Below, one piece after another: positions 1 to 9,259 of a stretch of 64,000 nucleotides of DNA (position 1 is the first letter of the stretch; each line of letters begins with the position of its first letter). Under the pieces are notes generated by a model. The model did no database searches, was not told the DNA's origin, and saw only the letters and a program-made list of their open reading frames with translations. Position numbers and translations under genes: made by a program. Origin of the DNA: an uncultured Verrucomicrobiales bacterium (GTDB lineage: Bacteria; Verrucomicrobiota; Verrucomicrobiia; Verrucomicrobiales; Akkermansiaceae); assembly GCA_963925135.1 (NCBI GenBank), contig CAWUTG010000045.1, positions 1,946 to 65,945 of the forward strand, in the 5' to 3' direction.

Positions 1-326
1 GACTCGACCACCTGAGACACGACGGGCACAACGTCGTCGTCCTGCACACGCTTGATCCCTACGAAATCAAGTTTCCGTTCAGGGGCACCATGCTCTTTGA
101 AGGCCTGGAAGGGGAGGAGCCGCTGACGACGCAACCCGAACGAATCCGCGACGACTATCTCGCCAGCTTCAACGAATACCTGAAGGCCTTGAAGTCGGGG
201 TGCGTGGCAAGCCAGGTCGACTATACCACGGTAGATACCTCTCGTCCTCTCGACGCGGTCTTGGGCGAATTTTTCCACCTTCGCGAATCGACCCTCAATG
301 GCGGAGTCGCCGCGACACGCCCATGA
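1..326 (+). CDS. DUF58-family protein, C-terminal part (5' end outside the window)
   Basis: Frame 3 is open from nt 3 to TGA 324-326 (LDHLRHDGHNVVVLHTLDPYEIKFPFRGTMLFEGLEGEEPL...TVDTSRPLD...). This resembles the C-terminal third of DUF58 proteins that follow MoxR ATPases (recognised from memory, not searched). The stop overlaps the next start as ATGA. Confidence 0.6.
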   Translation, partial: LDHLRHDGHNVVVLHTLDPYEIKFPFRGTMLFEGLEGEEPLTTQPERIRDDYLASFNEYLKALKSGCVASQVDYTTVDTSRPLDAVLGEFFHLRESTLNGGVAATRP

Positions 327-2503
327 GTTTCTTTAATCCAATGTTCCTATTCGCGGCGCTCGGCATTGGATTGCCGATCCTCGCGCACCTGCTCAATCGC
401 CAGAAGGTGAAGCGCACTGAGTGGGCGGCAATGCAATTTTTGAATCGCAATGTGCTGGTATGCTCCCGGCAAATTCGGATGCGTGATTTTATCCTCCTCT
501 GTCTGCGCTGTCTTGCAATCTTGCTTCTGGTATTGGCTTTTTCCCGGCCGATTTGGAAGGGCGGGAATGCGGGTTGGGTTCCGGGTGAAGCCCGGGCCGG
601 AGTCGTGATCGCGATCGATGCCTCGTTTAGTATGGAGCACGGGGGTGATAAGAATACCCGCTTCGATCGTGCCCTCGAGCAGGCGAAAGTCATCGGTGAA
701 AAGATTCAAGCTGGAGATCCCCTTACGCTCATTCTTCTGGGTGGCGAAGACGAGGTTCTTGCCCGCAATATTGCCTTCGACCGGGAACGTTTCAGCGCCC
801 TTTTGGAGGAGGCGAAAACAGCTCCGGTGGGATTGGATTTTGATCGTGTTCCCAAACGGATCAAGGAGCTCTTAGATGAGATGGATGCGCCGCAAAAGGA
901 ACTCTACTTCATCACCGATGTGCAGGCGCAAGACTGGCGGCAGTCTTCATCGAGTTTTCAGGAGGCGTTCGCTAATCTGAGCGATGATGCGGAAGTTTTT
1001 CTCGTTCCGGTGCCCGGCCCACCCGCTAACCTTGCGGTCACTGAACTCGATCTGGTCTCCGGAGTCCTGAGGAAGGGAACCATCGCCCGCTACCAGGCCA
1101 CCGTGCTCAACTGTGGCATCGATGCTGTTTCCAATGTCGAAATTCAATGCCGGGTCGAGGGGGGGCAGATTGACAGCAAGGTTATTCCTCTCATCGCCGC
1201 CGGGAAATCAGAAACGGTCTCTCTCTTTGTGCCATTTCACAATGCGGGGCCCACCCGCATTACCGCCGAGATTACCGGGGATCTCCTCCCGACGGACAAC
1301 GTTCGACGAGTGGTGGCGGTCGTTAAAGATCGTGTCTCGGTGCTCTGCGTTGATGGCTCGGATGGCGATGCCGGTCGTCTCGTGGTGGCCGCTCTTCTGG
1401 CCCGGGGCGACGGAGCCAAGGACGAGGACTACGTGGTCCGCTCGGTGCCATGGCTCTCTCTTCCAACCCAGTCATTGGACGATATCGACGTGATCATTTT
1501 TGCCGATGTTCCCGAGATCACTGCCGAACAGGCAACACAACTTTCCCGTTATGTGAGGCAGGGGAATGGCTTGATTTGGTTTGCTGGAGAGAATGTGAAA
1601 GCCTCTGTTTGGAACGAGCGCCTGGCAACCGAGCTCAGTCCGTTGCTTCCTGCCAGGCTCGGGCAGGTGGTTGATACAAGTACCACTCTTGGAGCAGGCC
1701 GACCACTTGATCCCGCCATGCCAGATCATTCCGTCAACCTCCCGTTGCGCTCCCTGCCGGAGGATCTCTTCAGTGAAACACGTTTTCTGAAGCACCTGGA
1801 GGTCGAACCAGCCTCTTCGAGCTTTCCGATCCTGAGTCTTGCTGGAAGCGGGGCTCCGGTTCTCCTGGAGCATTCGCATGGTCGCGGCCACGTCTTCATG
1901 TTTACCACCTCGGCCGAAACGAGCTGGAACAACATGGCGCTAACGCCGGTTTTTCCGATGCTCATGCAGCAAATCGTGACCTACCTCGCGGGACGGGAAT
2001 TCGAGCAGCCCCGTATTGTCGGTGATTCCATTTCACTGTCCTATATGGAGCAACCGGATGCGAGTGATGCGGTCTTTGATACGCCGTCGGAGGATACGAT
2101 CACCGTTCCGGTCCGCGAACATCGCAAGCAATTCAAGGCCATGTTGGAGGATACCCGGGAGGCAGGGTTTTACGTGGCTCGGGTCAGTGTGCAGGCACCT
2201 GGAATGCCGGTGGCGGTGAACGTTGATTCACGCGAATCTGATGTCACCTCCCTGACGGCTGCCGAATTGAATACCCATCTTGAAGGGATGGATGTCGTGG
2301 TGGTCAGTTCCGGGACGGAGCTTGTGGCGGCGATCGAAAGTAAGCGGACCGGTCGTTCATCCTGGCGTTTCTTCATGATTGCGGGGCTCGTCTTGCTGCT
2401 GTTAGAGAGCTTGTTCGCGGACTTTCTTCGCAAGCGAAAGCAGGCTCGTCGTCAGCCGGCGGACCCTTTTCCGGAAACCCAGAACTCAGCACAAAATGCC
2501 TGA
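323..2503 (+). CDS. BatA-type membrane protein with N-terminal double-TM domain and VWA domain
   Basis: ORF 200-2503. Start set to ATG 323 (MSFFNPMFLFAALGIGLPILAHLLNRQK...), which is the TIGR02226/BatA-like N-terminal motif and overlaps the upstream stop (ATGA). VWA MIDAS motif DASFS (VVIAIDASFSME). Later block LCVDGSDGD...VIIFADVPE is GATase1-like. C-terminal TM helix FFMIAGLVLLLLESLF. Confidence 0.8.
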   Translation: MSFFNPMFLFAALGIGLPILAHLLNRQKVKRTEWAAMQFLNRNVLVCSRQIRMRDFILLCLRCLAILLLVLAFSRPIWKGGNAGWVPGEARAGVVIAIDASFSMEHGGDKNTRFDRALEQAKVIGEKIQAGDPLTLILLGGEDEVLARNIAFDRERFSALLEEAKTAPVGLDFDRVPKRIKELLDEMDAPQKELYFITDVQAQDWRQSSSSFQEAFANLSDDAEVFLVPVPGPPANLAVTELDLVSGVLRKGTIARYQATVLNCGIDAVSNVEIQCRVEGGQIDSKVIPLIAAGKSETVSLFVPFHNAGPTRITAEITGDLLPTDNVRRVVAVVKDRVSVLCVDGSDGDAGRLVVAALLARGDGAKDEDYVVRSVPWLSLPTQSLDDIDVIIFADVPEITAEQATQLSRYVRQGNGLIWFAGENVKASVWNERLATELSPLLPARLGQVVDTSTTLGAGRPLDPAMPDHSVNLPLRSLPEDLFSETRFLKHLEVEPASSSFPILSLAGSGAPVLLEHSHGRGHVFMFTTSAETSWNNMALTPVFPMLMQQIVTYLAGREFEQPRIVGDSISLSYMEQPDASDAVFDTPSEDTITVPVREHRKQFKAMLEDTREAGFYVARVSVQAPGMPVAVNVDSRESDVTSLTAAELNTHLEGMDVVVVSSGTELVAAIESKRTGRSSWRFFMIAGLVLLLLESLFADFLRKRKQARRQPADPFPETQNSAQNA

Positions 2504-4880
2504 AATGATCCCCATCTATGCTCGGATCGAAGAGGTCTTTTGGGCGCGACCACAATCGACAGGCACCCTGGTGGCAATCCTTGTCGCGATCGTGGTGCTG
2601 AGCCTCTATTTATACCGACGGCCATGGGGGGTGCCATTTTGGTTACGGGCCCTCCTGGCGGTTTCTCGCATCGTGGTGCTCGCCTTGGTCGTCGCCACTT
2701 TGCTCGAACCGACCGTTGTTGTGACCGAAACCCGGACGCAGGTGCGAAGGTTGCCGGTTCTGCTTGATGTGTCCGAAAGCATGTCGATGAAGGATCAACG
2801 CAAGCGCCCTGAGGATATCGTGGATGCGGCGGCGGCGTTGGGCATGGTTTCACTGGCGGATGAAGCGGAGGTCGACCGCACGATGATGCAGTTGGACTCG
2901 AAGCAACGCCAGCTGATCGCATCGTCATCGCGCCTTGATCTTGGCAAAGCCGTCATCAGCCAATCAGCGAGCCCAATTTTCAAATCCCTCGGCGAATCGC
3001 TCGACGTGAGTTACCACACCTTTGGTCAATTCCCGCGTCTGATGAGTGACGACGAAGTGATGACTGTGGAAGAGTTAAGCGGGTTGCAAGCGATTGCGCC
3101 AGGAACCTCGATCGCGACTTCGCTCGAGGCGGTGGCCAACTCCGGCGGGATTCCTCCGGCGGGCATTGTCTTGCTTTCCGATGGGATCGACAATGCCACC
3201 TCCCAGCAGTCAGAAGCTGTCCTTCAAGATCTTGGGGCACGGGGGATTCCCGTTTACACCGTGCCGATTGGGTTGTCCGATCCAGATGACGTTTCGATCC
3301 GCAATATCGTCATGCAAGAGGTTGCGTTCTCGGGTGATCGTGTGCCGGTTCGGGTGCATCTGCAGTCACGAGGCTACGAGCGCAGAACAGCCCGATTGTC
3401 CGTGCTTCTGAACGGTCGGAGTGTTTCGCAACGCACCATTCGCTTCGAAGGTGGATTGCAATTTGAAGACATCGACTTCAGGGTCGATGTCTATGAGAAG
3501 GGCGCGGCGCAAATCGCTGTCACCATTGAGCCCTTCGATGATGAGATTTCGATGGCGAACAATCGGGTCGAGCGAAGTATTCGAGTGGTGAACGAAAAGA
3601 TCAACGTTCTCTACATCGAGGGGAACTTCCGTTGGGAGCACCGCTATTTACACGCCATTCTGAAGCGTGATCCCCGCATTGAGGCCACCTTCATCGCCTC
3701 CAATATGGGCCCGGAATTGGCTCGGAATTCTCCTGAACACATTGAGCGCTTTCCGAGTAAGAGGGACGAGGCCTTTCAGTATGATCTGGTGATTCTTGGT
3801 GACGTGGATTCCGCGTTTTTCACTCCGGAAGAACTGGGCTTGCTGGAGGAGTTGATCCGCGACCGCGGCGGCTCTTTGCTCATGCTCTGCGGTCCGATGC
3901 ACTCTCCTTCGTCCTATGCGGACACTCCGGTAGCGGCGATGCTTCCCATTCGATTTGACCCAGATGAGAAGTGGGAAGAGGTCTCAGAATCGATCTTTCC
4001 AGTTCTCACCGCTGAGGGTCGGAACAGCATGGTGATGACTTTGGAGAATGACAAAGCGGAGAACGATCGCATGTGGAGCCGTGTGGCTCCGCTTGATCAC
4101 CTGCCGCCCTTGCTTGGTCCCAAACCGGGAGCGACAGTTCTGGCTGCGCTATCTGATGGTAACTCCCGTTCCCAGCGCTATCCGCTGGTGGCCTGGCAGC
4201 GCTACGGAACCGGAAAATGTATGTCGATCGCGACCGACCGTCTGTGGCGTCTGCGCTTCAAGACCGGCGATAAGTATCACTGGCGTGTATGGTCGCAAAG
4301 TATTCAATTTTTGACTCTCTCCCGTCTGATGGGGGAGCATAAACGTATCCGTCTGGAAACCGATCGATCTATCTATACGGTCGGCAATCAAGGTCGGCTT
4401 TACGCGCATGTCCTCGACGACAATTTTGAACCGGTTGTTCAATCTGGTTTCGAAGTTGTCGTGTCCGGGTTGGATGGCACGGAGGTTCGTGAACGGGTCA
4501 GCCTCCAACCGGATCGCTCGCATCCTGGCCTCTATGAGGGGTATTTTTCGCCGCCCGAATCAGGTCGCTACCGGGTCGAGTCAAACGAAGAAGATCGCCA
4601 GGTTTCGAATACCACGGAATTTCAGGTGAGTGATGATCGTCTGGAGCTCACCGATACCGACATGCGCTTATCCCACCTTCAACGCATTGCGGACCTGACA
4701 GGTGGGGCCAGCCTTGGAATACTCGAACTGCCCAAACTCTCCTCCCTCATCAATAGTGACAAAGTCACCAGCACCATTCGCTCGGAGCGTCCGCTGTGGG
4801 ATAACGGTTTGCTTGCCCTGTTGCTCATTGGCCTGTTAGGGGCCGAATGGATCATCCGAAGAAGACACGATCTGCCATGA
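2496..4880 (+). CDS. VWA-domain membrane protein with GATase1-like middle domain (BatA-operon partner)
   Basis: ORF 2496-4880. Its ATG overlaps the upstream stop by 8 nt. N-terminal TM helices. MIDAS DVSES (LPVLLDVSESMSM) and GIVLLSDGIDN. Then NVLYIEGNFRWEHRYL...YDLVILGDVD. C-terminal TM LLALLLIGLLGAEWII. Confidence 0.75.
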   Translation: MPEMIPIYARIEEVFWARPQSTGTLVAILVAIVVLSLYLYRRPWGVPFWLRALLAVSRIVVLALVVATLLEPTVVVTETRTQVRRLPVLLDVSESMSMKDQRKRPEDIVDAAAALGMVSLADEAEVDRTMMQLDSKQRQLIASSSRLDLGKAVISQSASPIFKSLGESLDVSYHTFGQFPRLMSDDEVMTVEELSGLQAIAPGTSIATSLEAVANSGGIPPAGIVLLSDGIDNATSQQSEAVLQDLGARGIPVYTVPIGLSDPDDVSIRNIVMQEVAFSGDRVPVRVHLQSRGYERRTARLSVLLNGRSVSQRTIRFEGGLQFEDIDFRVDVYEKGAAQIAVTIEPFDDEISMANNRVERSIRVVNEKINVLYIEGNFRWEHRYLHAILKRDPRIEATFIASNMGPELARNSPEHIERFPSKRDEAFQYDLVILGDVDSAFFTPEELGLLEELIRDRGGSLLMLCGPMHSPSSYADTPVAAMLPIRFDPDEKWEEVSESIFPVLTAEGRNSMVMTLENDKAENDRMWSRVAPLDHLPPLLGPKPGATVLAALSDGNSRSQRYPLVAWQRYGTGKCMSIATDRLWRLRFKTGDKYHWRVWSQSIQFLTLSRLMGEHKRIRLETDRSIYTVGNQGRLYAHVLDDNFEPVVQSGFEVVVSGLDGTEVRERVSLQPDRSHPGLYEGYFSPPESGRYRVESNEEDRQVSNTTEFQVSDDRLELTDTDMRLSHLQRIADLTGGASLGILELPKLSSLINSDKVTSTIRSERPLWDNGLLALLLIGLLGAEWIIRRRHDLP

Positions 4881-7800
4881 CCAATCATCGCCAAAAGACC
4901 GCCCTTGAATCGTGCGTGCGCTCGGTCTGGAGTCGCACGCAGCGGAAGCACTTCAGCGCTGGTTTTTTCGCGTTGTTTCGCTGGAGCATTCCGCTCTTCC
5001 TCATCGGGATGGTGATTGATTGGTTGACCTTCCTGCCCGTGGTGGGGCGGATAGCGGTGTTGCTCGTGATCGTCGGTATCTCTTTATTTAAGGCATGGCA
5101 GCAAGGCTGGCGGCATCTCCGCAGATTTGATATCACGCGAACCGCGCTGGAGATCGAGAACCAACAGGGAGGGCTCGAAAGCCTTCTTGTGACCGCCGTG
5201 CAATTTGGGAGATCCCAACCGACATCAGGAACGTCGAAGGAGCTCTGGAATGCCACTCAAGGCCGTGCTGAAGATGCGGCCGAGGGTCTGGAGCCTCGCA
5301 AGATCGTTGATTTTAAAGCCCTTCAGGTTCCGGCTTTTGTCGCGATGGGATTTGCGGTGGTGATGCTCGTGTTTGCCTTGTTGAAGGGACCCTTTCTCAC
5401 GGTGGGGCTGGCTCGGATTTTCACTCCCTGGGTGACGGTTTCCTATCCAACCCATACCATCCTCGATATTGGTGCAGGGGAGCTCGTTCTTAAGGAAGGC
5501 GACAGTGCGCAGATTGTGGTTGGAGTGTCCGGAGTCGTTCCCGCGCTGGCGACGCTCTTCCTACGAACGGGCGATGAAGGTGCCCGTGAAATGGACATCG
5601 AGATTATCGATGGGAGGTGTGTATACACCATTGCCTCTGCTTCCCGTGATTTCAGTTATCGAGTCAAGGCCGGGGATGCGCGGAGCGACTGGCGTCAGGT
5701 TCGGGTCATTTTCGCACCGCGGATCGAGACGGTGCAAGTTGCCCTCGAATTCCCAAGCTATCTCGAACGTGCCACCGAAACAGTTGAGGCCTTAACCTTA
5801 ACGGTTCCGGAGGAAACGAAGGTTCATTGGCAACTGGAGCTGGATCAACCGATTCGCGATGCCGTCCTGAATCGTGACGGTGAAGAATCGATGGAATTGG
5901 AAGTCACCGATGGTGGTCGTAAGCTCGTGATCGATGAGTTGGTTGATGCTTCCCGGGGGTATAGTTTCTCCTGGGTTGAAGAGGAGCAAGGGTTCGAGTT
6001 CACCAGTCCCCGCTACTATTTGCAGGTTGCCTCCGACCAAGCGCCACGGGTCGAGCTCACTTCACCGGAGTCGAATCTCAATGCCCTGCTGGGCCGTCAA
6101 TTGGACCTCGCTGTGCGTGGCCACGACGATCACGGGATCGCGACCACGACGATCACTTACCGTGTGAATCTGCGACCGGAGAACGTTGTTTCTCTTACGA
6201 CACCAGTGAACGTCGGCGAAGGGGAACAGGTTCTCGAATGGGATTACCGTGAAGCTTTGCCGGAATTGGTTGTAGGGGATACGGTGTCCTTTGTGATCGA
6301 GGTGGCGGATAAGTATCCCGGTTCGGATGGTCCTCACAAAGCTCGCTCTGAAACCCGACGCATCACCTTCCTTTCCCGTGAAGAATATCTGGCGCAGCTC
6401 GAGCGGAAGAAGGATCGTTTGCTCTCCCGTGTTCGGACGATTTACCGGCAGGAACGTGCTGCTCACGAGTTGGTCCGGAATTTGGATCCGCAAGTCGAAA
6501 GCTTCCGTCAGACCTGCCAGCTTGAGGCGATCCGGCAGGAAATGTTGCGGGAACAACTCAATGACACTGCTGGGGAAGTGCAGGATCTCCTCGACGATCT
6601 TGAGGCCAACAAAATCACTGACGCGGTTGAAGGAGAGGTGTTGGTTCGTGTTCGCGATGGCCTGGAATCGATCGCCGACGACCTGGTTGCGCAGGCGGCC
6701 TCTCTCCTGCGGGATCAGATTGGCAAGGAGACCAATGGGAAGGCAGATCCCACTGCGGCAATCGAAGTGGTCAACCAGGCTGCGCGCGAACTTTCCCGGC
6801 TTGTTCTTCAACGGGGCATTGATTCCGCCAGGGAAGTTTTTGCGCGGGAGTCGCACATGTTAGCGCAAGAGCAGGCGGCCCTTCGCCTTCACGTCTTGCC
6901 GTCAAAAGTAGGTGAGAACACCGCAGCCCTTGCTGACCGACAGACGGACCTGGCGGCATGGACCATTGAGTTGCTCGTTTCGCTCAAGGTAGGAATGCGC
7001 TACGATCAGCGTCCCATTTCTGTGCTCGGCCTGACTCGCCGCATGAAGGAATTAGGGGTCCATGACAAGATGCTCCAAGCCGCAGTCATGATCAATGATG
7101 GGAAGCGCATCGAAGCAGTGGCCTTGCACTCGGAAATCATTGCCGCTTTTCTCGAAGCAGAATTCAGCATGCGGACCGGGTCTGAGTATGCCTCGATCAT
7201 GAAGTTCCGCGCTGAGCTGGATTTACTTCTCAAGGCACAACAGGAGCTACGTGCTGCTTGCGAGGAAATGAGCGATGATGAATTTAAGAGAGACCATCTT
7301 GGGCTGGCAACGATCCAGGCCGGGCTTCAAGCCGTTCTCGTGCCATCACTTCTCCCGCCAGTTCCTCCTTCGCGGGCCCGCTTGTTCGACAAGACCTTGC
7401 CGGAGCTCCCGCCTGTCGGGGAACGACGGACCGCGGCAGAAGGAGCGCTCACTGAAGCTTTGGTTCGCTTGCAGGCTGGAGACCAAAAGCCCGCCATTGA
7501 CCAGCAGTTGGAGGCCGAAAAGCAGTTGGGCTCTCTCGTCGAACTCCTTGATAAGGCCTCGTTGGAATTGGGCCTGCGGACCCAGGGACTCGCCAGTCTT
7601 GTCTCCACGGCTACCGAGCGGGTCACTCAGCTCGAAGACTTCGAGACGCGTCAGATCGGCCTTCTCGAACTAACCGAGGAAACCGCACTGGATGAGTTGA
7701 ATTCGGAACCGCTTGCCGAAACCCAGCAGTTTCTTGCCGATGTAATCGATGGGTTTCGGACGGAATTGATTGGGAAAGATCGAGATGTTCTTCCTCTTCT

Positions 7801-9259
7801 TAGTCGCTTGGATCAGTTGGCTGATGTTTTGGGAGAGTCAACCAAGGCACTCAAGGAGAACCGTCCTGAAGATGCGCTTGAGCCTCAAGAGGCTGCTGCC
7901 GATCTTCTCGCAGAAGCGCGGGAGCTTGCGCAAGGGCAGGGAGAGCGAATCGGACTTTTGCAGGACCTTTACACATTTCAACGTTCGGTAGGAAATGCGA
8001 ACGACTGGATGTTAGACATCGTCGCCGAGCAGAATGATCTGATCGCGGAGACCAAGGCTGCCAAAAAGGGAGGTGGCCTGACTCTCATTCCAGTGATCAA
8101 CAATCTGCGTCAGTGTTTGACCGATATCGCACCCGTGCTTGATCTTGTTGCTGGGCGTTTGGACGCCGGAACTCCCCTGGTGTTTGCGGGGACTGATTTG
8201 GAGGATGCCGTTTATGGCATCGAGAATGATGATTTCCTGGATTCAATTGATGCCCAAGAGGTGGCTGCCGAGTCCCTTGTTAAGGTGCAGGGGCTTGTGG
8301 CTGCGGTGCAGGGACAGACCGGATACGTGGCCGAGATTGTAGAGTTTCTGCACACTGCGCAGGGCGACATATCTCTCATGGCCTTTCGTCAGGAACAGCT
8401 CAGGCAACAGCTTGACGCTGGAAAGATTCCAACGGAGCTCGTGGATCAACAGAATGCCCTGCAAGCCGAGGCCGAGAACGATGGTCGACAGCTCATGAAG
8501 GTTACAGGCATGAACACTCATGCGGCGGCCGGGAATCAAATGCGCGAAGCTCACCGCATGCTGAAGGGCGGGAATACCGCTGCTGCAAGTTCCCAAATAG
8601 AGTTGGTTGAAGCGTCTCTCAAGGCGACGGCTGAACAACTCTTTTGGGTGATTACGATGTTGCATGGACTTCCCGGTATTGAGGTGCTGAGCTCCTCGCC
8701 CGAGGAGCTTGAACTGCTCCTTGAAGTCCTCGCGTTTAGCAGCGAACAACGGAATCTCTCCCGCCTCACTGAAGCGGCCCAAGCCGGTGATCTTCCCGCG
8801 TTGGCGGCAAGACAAAGCAGGCTGGTTGATGCAAATGCGAAGGCGTTGCGTCTTGATCCTCCTCATCCCCTGCTGATCGCTTCGCATCAACAACTGGCCA
8901 TCGCCAATGCCGCCCTGCAGTCGTCCGACCAAGCCGGGGGCCGGCGTCATCAAGAGGCCGCTGACGAATCTCTAAGACACTTTATCATTGATCAAGCGTT
9001 GATTCTCGAAACGGCCAAGGGCCTCCCGTCTTCGAGCGACGAGCCAGTTTTGAGTGAAGCCGAGACTGACGATCTGACCGAATCTGTGGCCAACTTCGTT
9101 TCCGATTTTGTGAGCGGGGAGGCCCCCAAGGATCAACGCACTGAGTGGGAAGTTCTCGGTAACCGGAACCGCGCCGCTCTTAATCAAAACTTCGCCCGCG
9201 AACTCCCGCTTGAGTTCCGCGGGGTCCTCAAAAACTACTACGAAAGGGTCGCCAAATGA
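4877..9259 (+). CDS. 1460-aa membrane-anchored beta-rich + long helical/coiled-coil protein (DUF4175-like by position and topology)
   Basis: ORF 4847-9259. Start set to ATG 4877, giving an ATGA overlap with TGA 4878-4880. N-terminal TM hairpin FFALFRWSIPLFLIGMVIDWLTFLPVVGRIAVLLVIVGISLF plus a third TM. About 350 aa are beta-rich, followed by about 900 aa of Ala/Leu/Glu/Gln-rich helical sequence. The family call is inference only. Confidence 0.7.
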   Translation: MTNHRQKTALESCVRSVWSRTQRKHFSAGFFALFRWSIPLFLIGMVIDWLTFLPVVGRIAVLLVIVGISLFKAWQQGWRHLRRFDITRTALEIENQQGGLESLLVTAVQFGRSQPTSGTSKELWNATQGRAEDAAEGLEPRKIVDFKALQVPAFVAMGFAVVMLVFALLKGPFLTVGLARIFTPWVTVSYPTHTILDIGAGELVLKEGDSAQIVVGVSGVVPALATLFLRTGDEGAREMDIEIIDGRCVYTIASASRDFSYRVKAGDARSDWRQVRVIFAPRIETVQVALEFPSYLERATETVEALTLTVPEETKVHWQLELDQPIRDAVLNRDGEESMELEVTDGGRKLVIDELVDASRGYSFSWVEEEQGFEFTSPRYYLQVASDQAPRVELTSPESNLNALLGRQLDLAVRGHDDHGIATTTITYRVNLRPENVVSLTTPVNVGEGEQVLEWDYREALPELVVGDTVSFVIEVADKYPGSDGPHKARSETRRITFLSREEYLAQLERKKDRLLSRVRTIYRQERAAHELVRNLDPQVESFRQTCQLEAIRQEMLREQLNDTAGEVQDLLDDLEANKITDAVEGEVLVRVRDGLESIADDLVAQAASLLRDQIGKETNGKADPTAAIEVVNQAARELSRLVLQRGIDSAREVFARESHMLAQEQAALRLHVLPSKVGENTAALADRQTDLAAWTIELLVSLKVGMRYDQRPISVLGLTRRMKELGVHDKMLQAAVMINDGKRIEAVALHSEIIAAFLEAEFSMRTGSEYASIMKFRAELDLLLKAQQELRAACEEMSDDEFKRDHLGLATIQAGLQAVLVPSLLPPVPPSRARLFDKTLPELPPVGERRTAAEGALTEALVRLQAGDQKPAIDQQLEAEKQLGSLVELLDKASLELGLRTQGLASLVSTATERVTQLEDFETRQIGLLELTEETALDELNSEPLAETQQFLADVIDGFRTELIGKDRDVLPLLSRLDQLADVLGESTKALKENRPEDALEPQEAAADLLAEARELAQGQGERIGLLQDLYTFQRSVGNANDWMLDIVAEQNDLIAETKAAKKGGGLTLIPVINNLRQCLTDIAPVLDLVAGRLDAGTPLVFAGTDLEDAVYGIENDDFLDSIDAQEVAAESLVKVQGLVAAVQGQTGYVAEIVEFLHTAQGDISLMAFRQEQLRQQLDAGKIPTELVDQQNALQAEAENDGRQLMKVTGMNTHAAAGNQMREAHRMLKGGNTAAASSQIELVEASLKATAEQLFWVITMLHGLPGIEVLSSSPEELELLLEVLAFSSEQRNLSRLTEAAQAGDLPALAARQSRLVDANAKALRLDPPHPLLIASHQQLAIANAALQSSDQAGGRRHQEAADESLRHFIIDQALILETAKGLPSSSDEPVLSEAETDDLTESVANFVSDFVSGEAPKDQRTEWEVLGNRNRAALNQNFARELPLEFRGVLKNYYERVAK

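Noticed and set aside
200-322. Upstream extensions of longest ORFs: 200-322, 4847-4876, 20942-21034, 21156-21362, 50427-50489, 55081-55122, 59650-59763, 63314-63367.
   Set aside because: The extensions overlap the neighbouring gene or precede an obvious signal peptide or conserved N-terminus. Internal ATGs give canonical N-termini (BatA motif, Usp, signal peptides, [10 protein letters not shown]5R start, MKTFSAKP).
6062-6856. Long antisense or out-of-frame ORFs inside large genes. Examples: 6062-6856(-), 8243-8953(-), 13230-14093(-), 23649-24566(-), 25135-25887(+), 27049-27699(+), 34336-35175(-), 36912-37619(-), 40066-40731(-), 44929-45591(-), 52757-53806(+), 56394-57086(-).
   Set aside because: They fully overlap genes with clear family motifs. 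Their translations are Arg/Pro/Ser/Gly-rich low-complexity sequence typical of shadow frames in GC-rich DNA. None has recognisable motifs.
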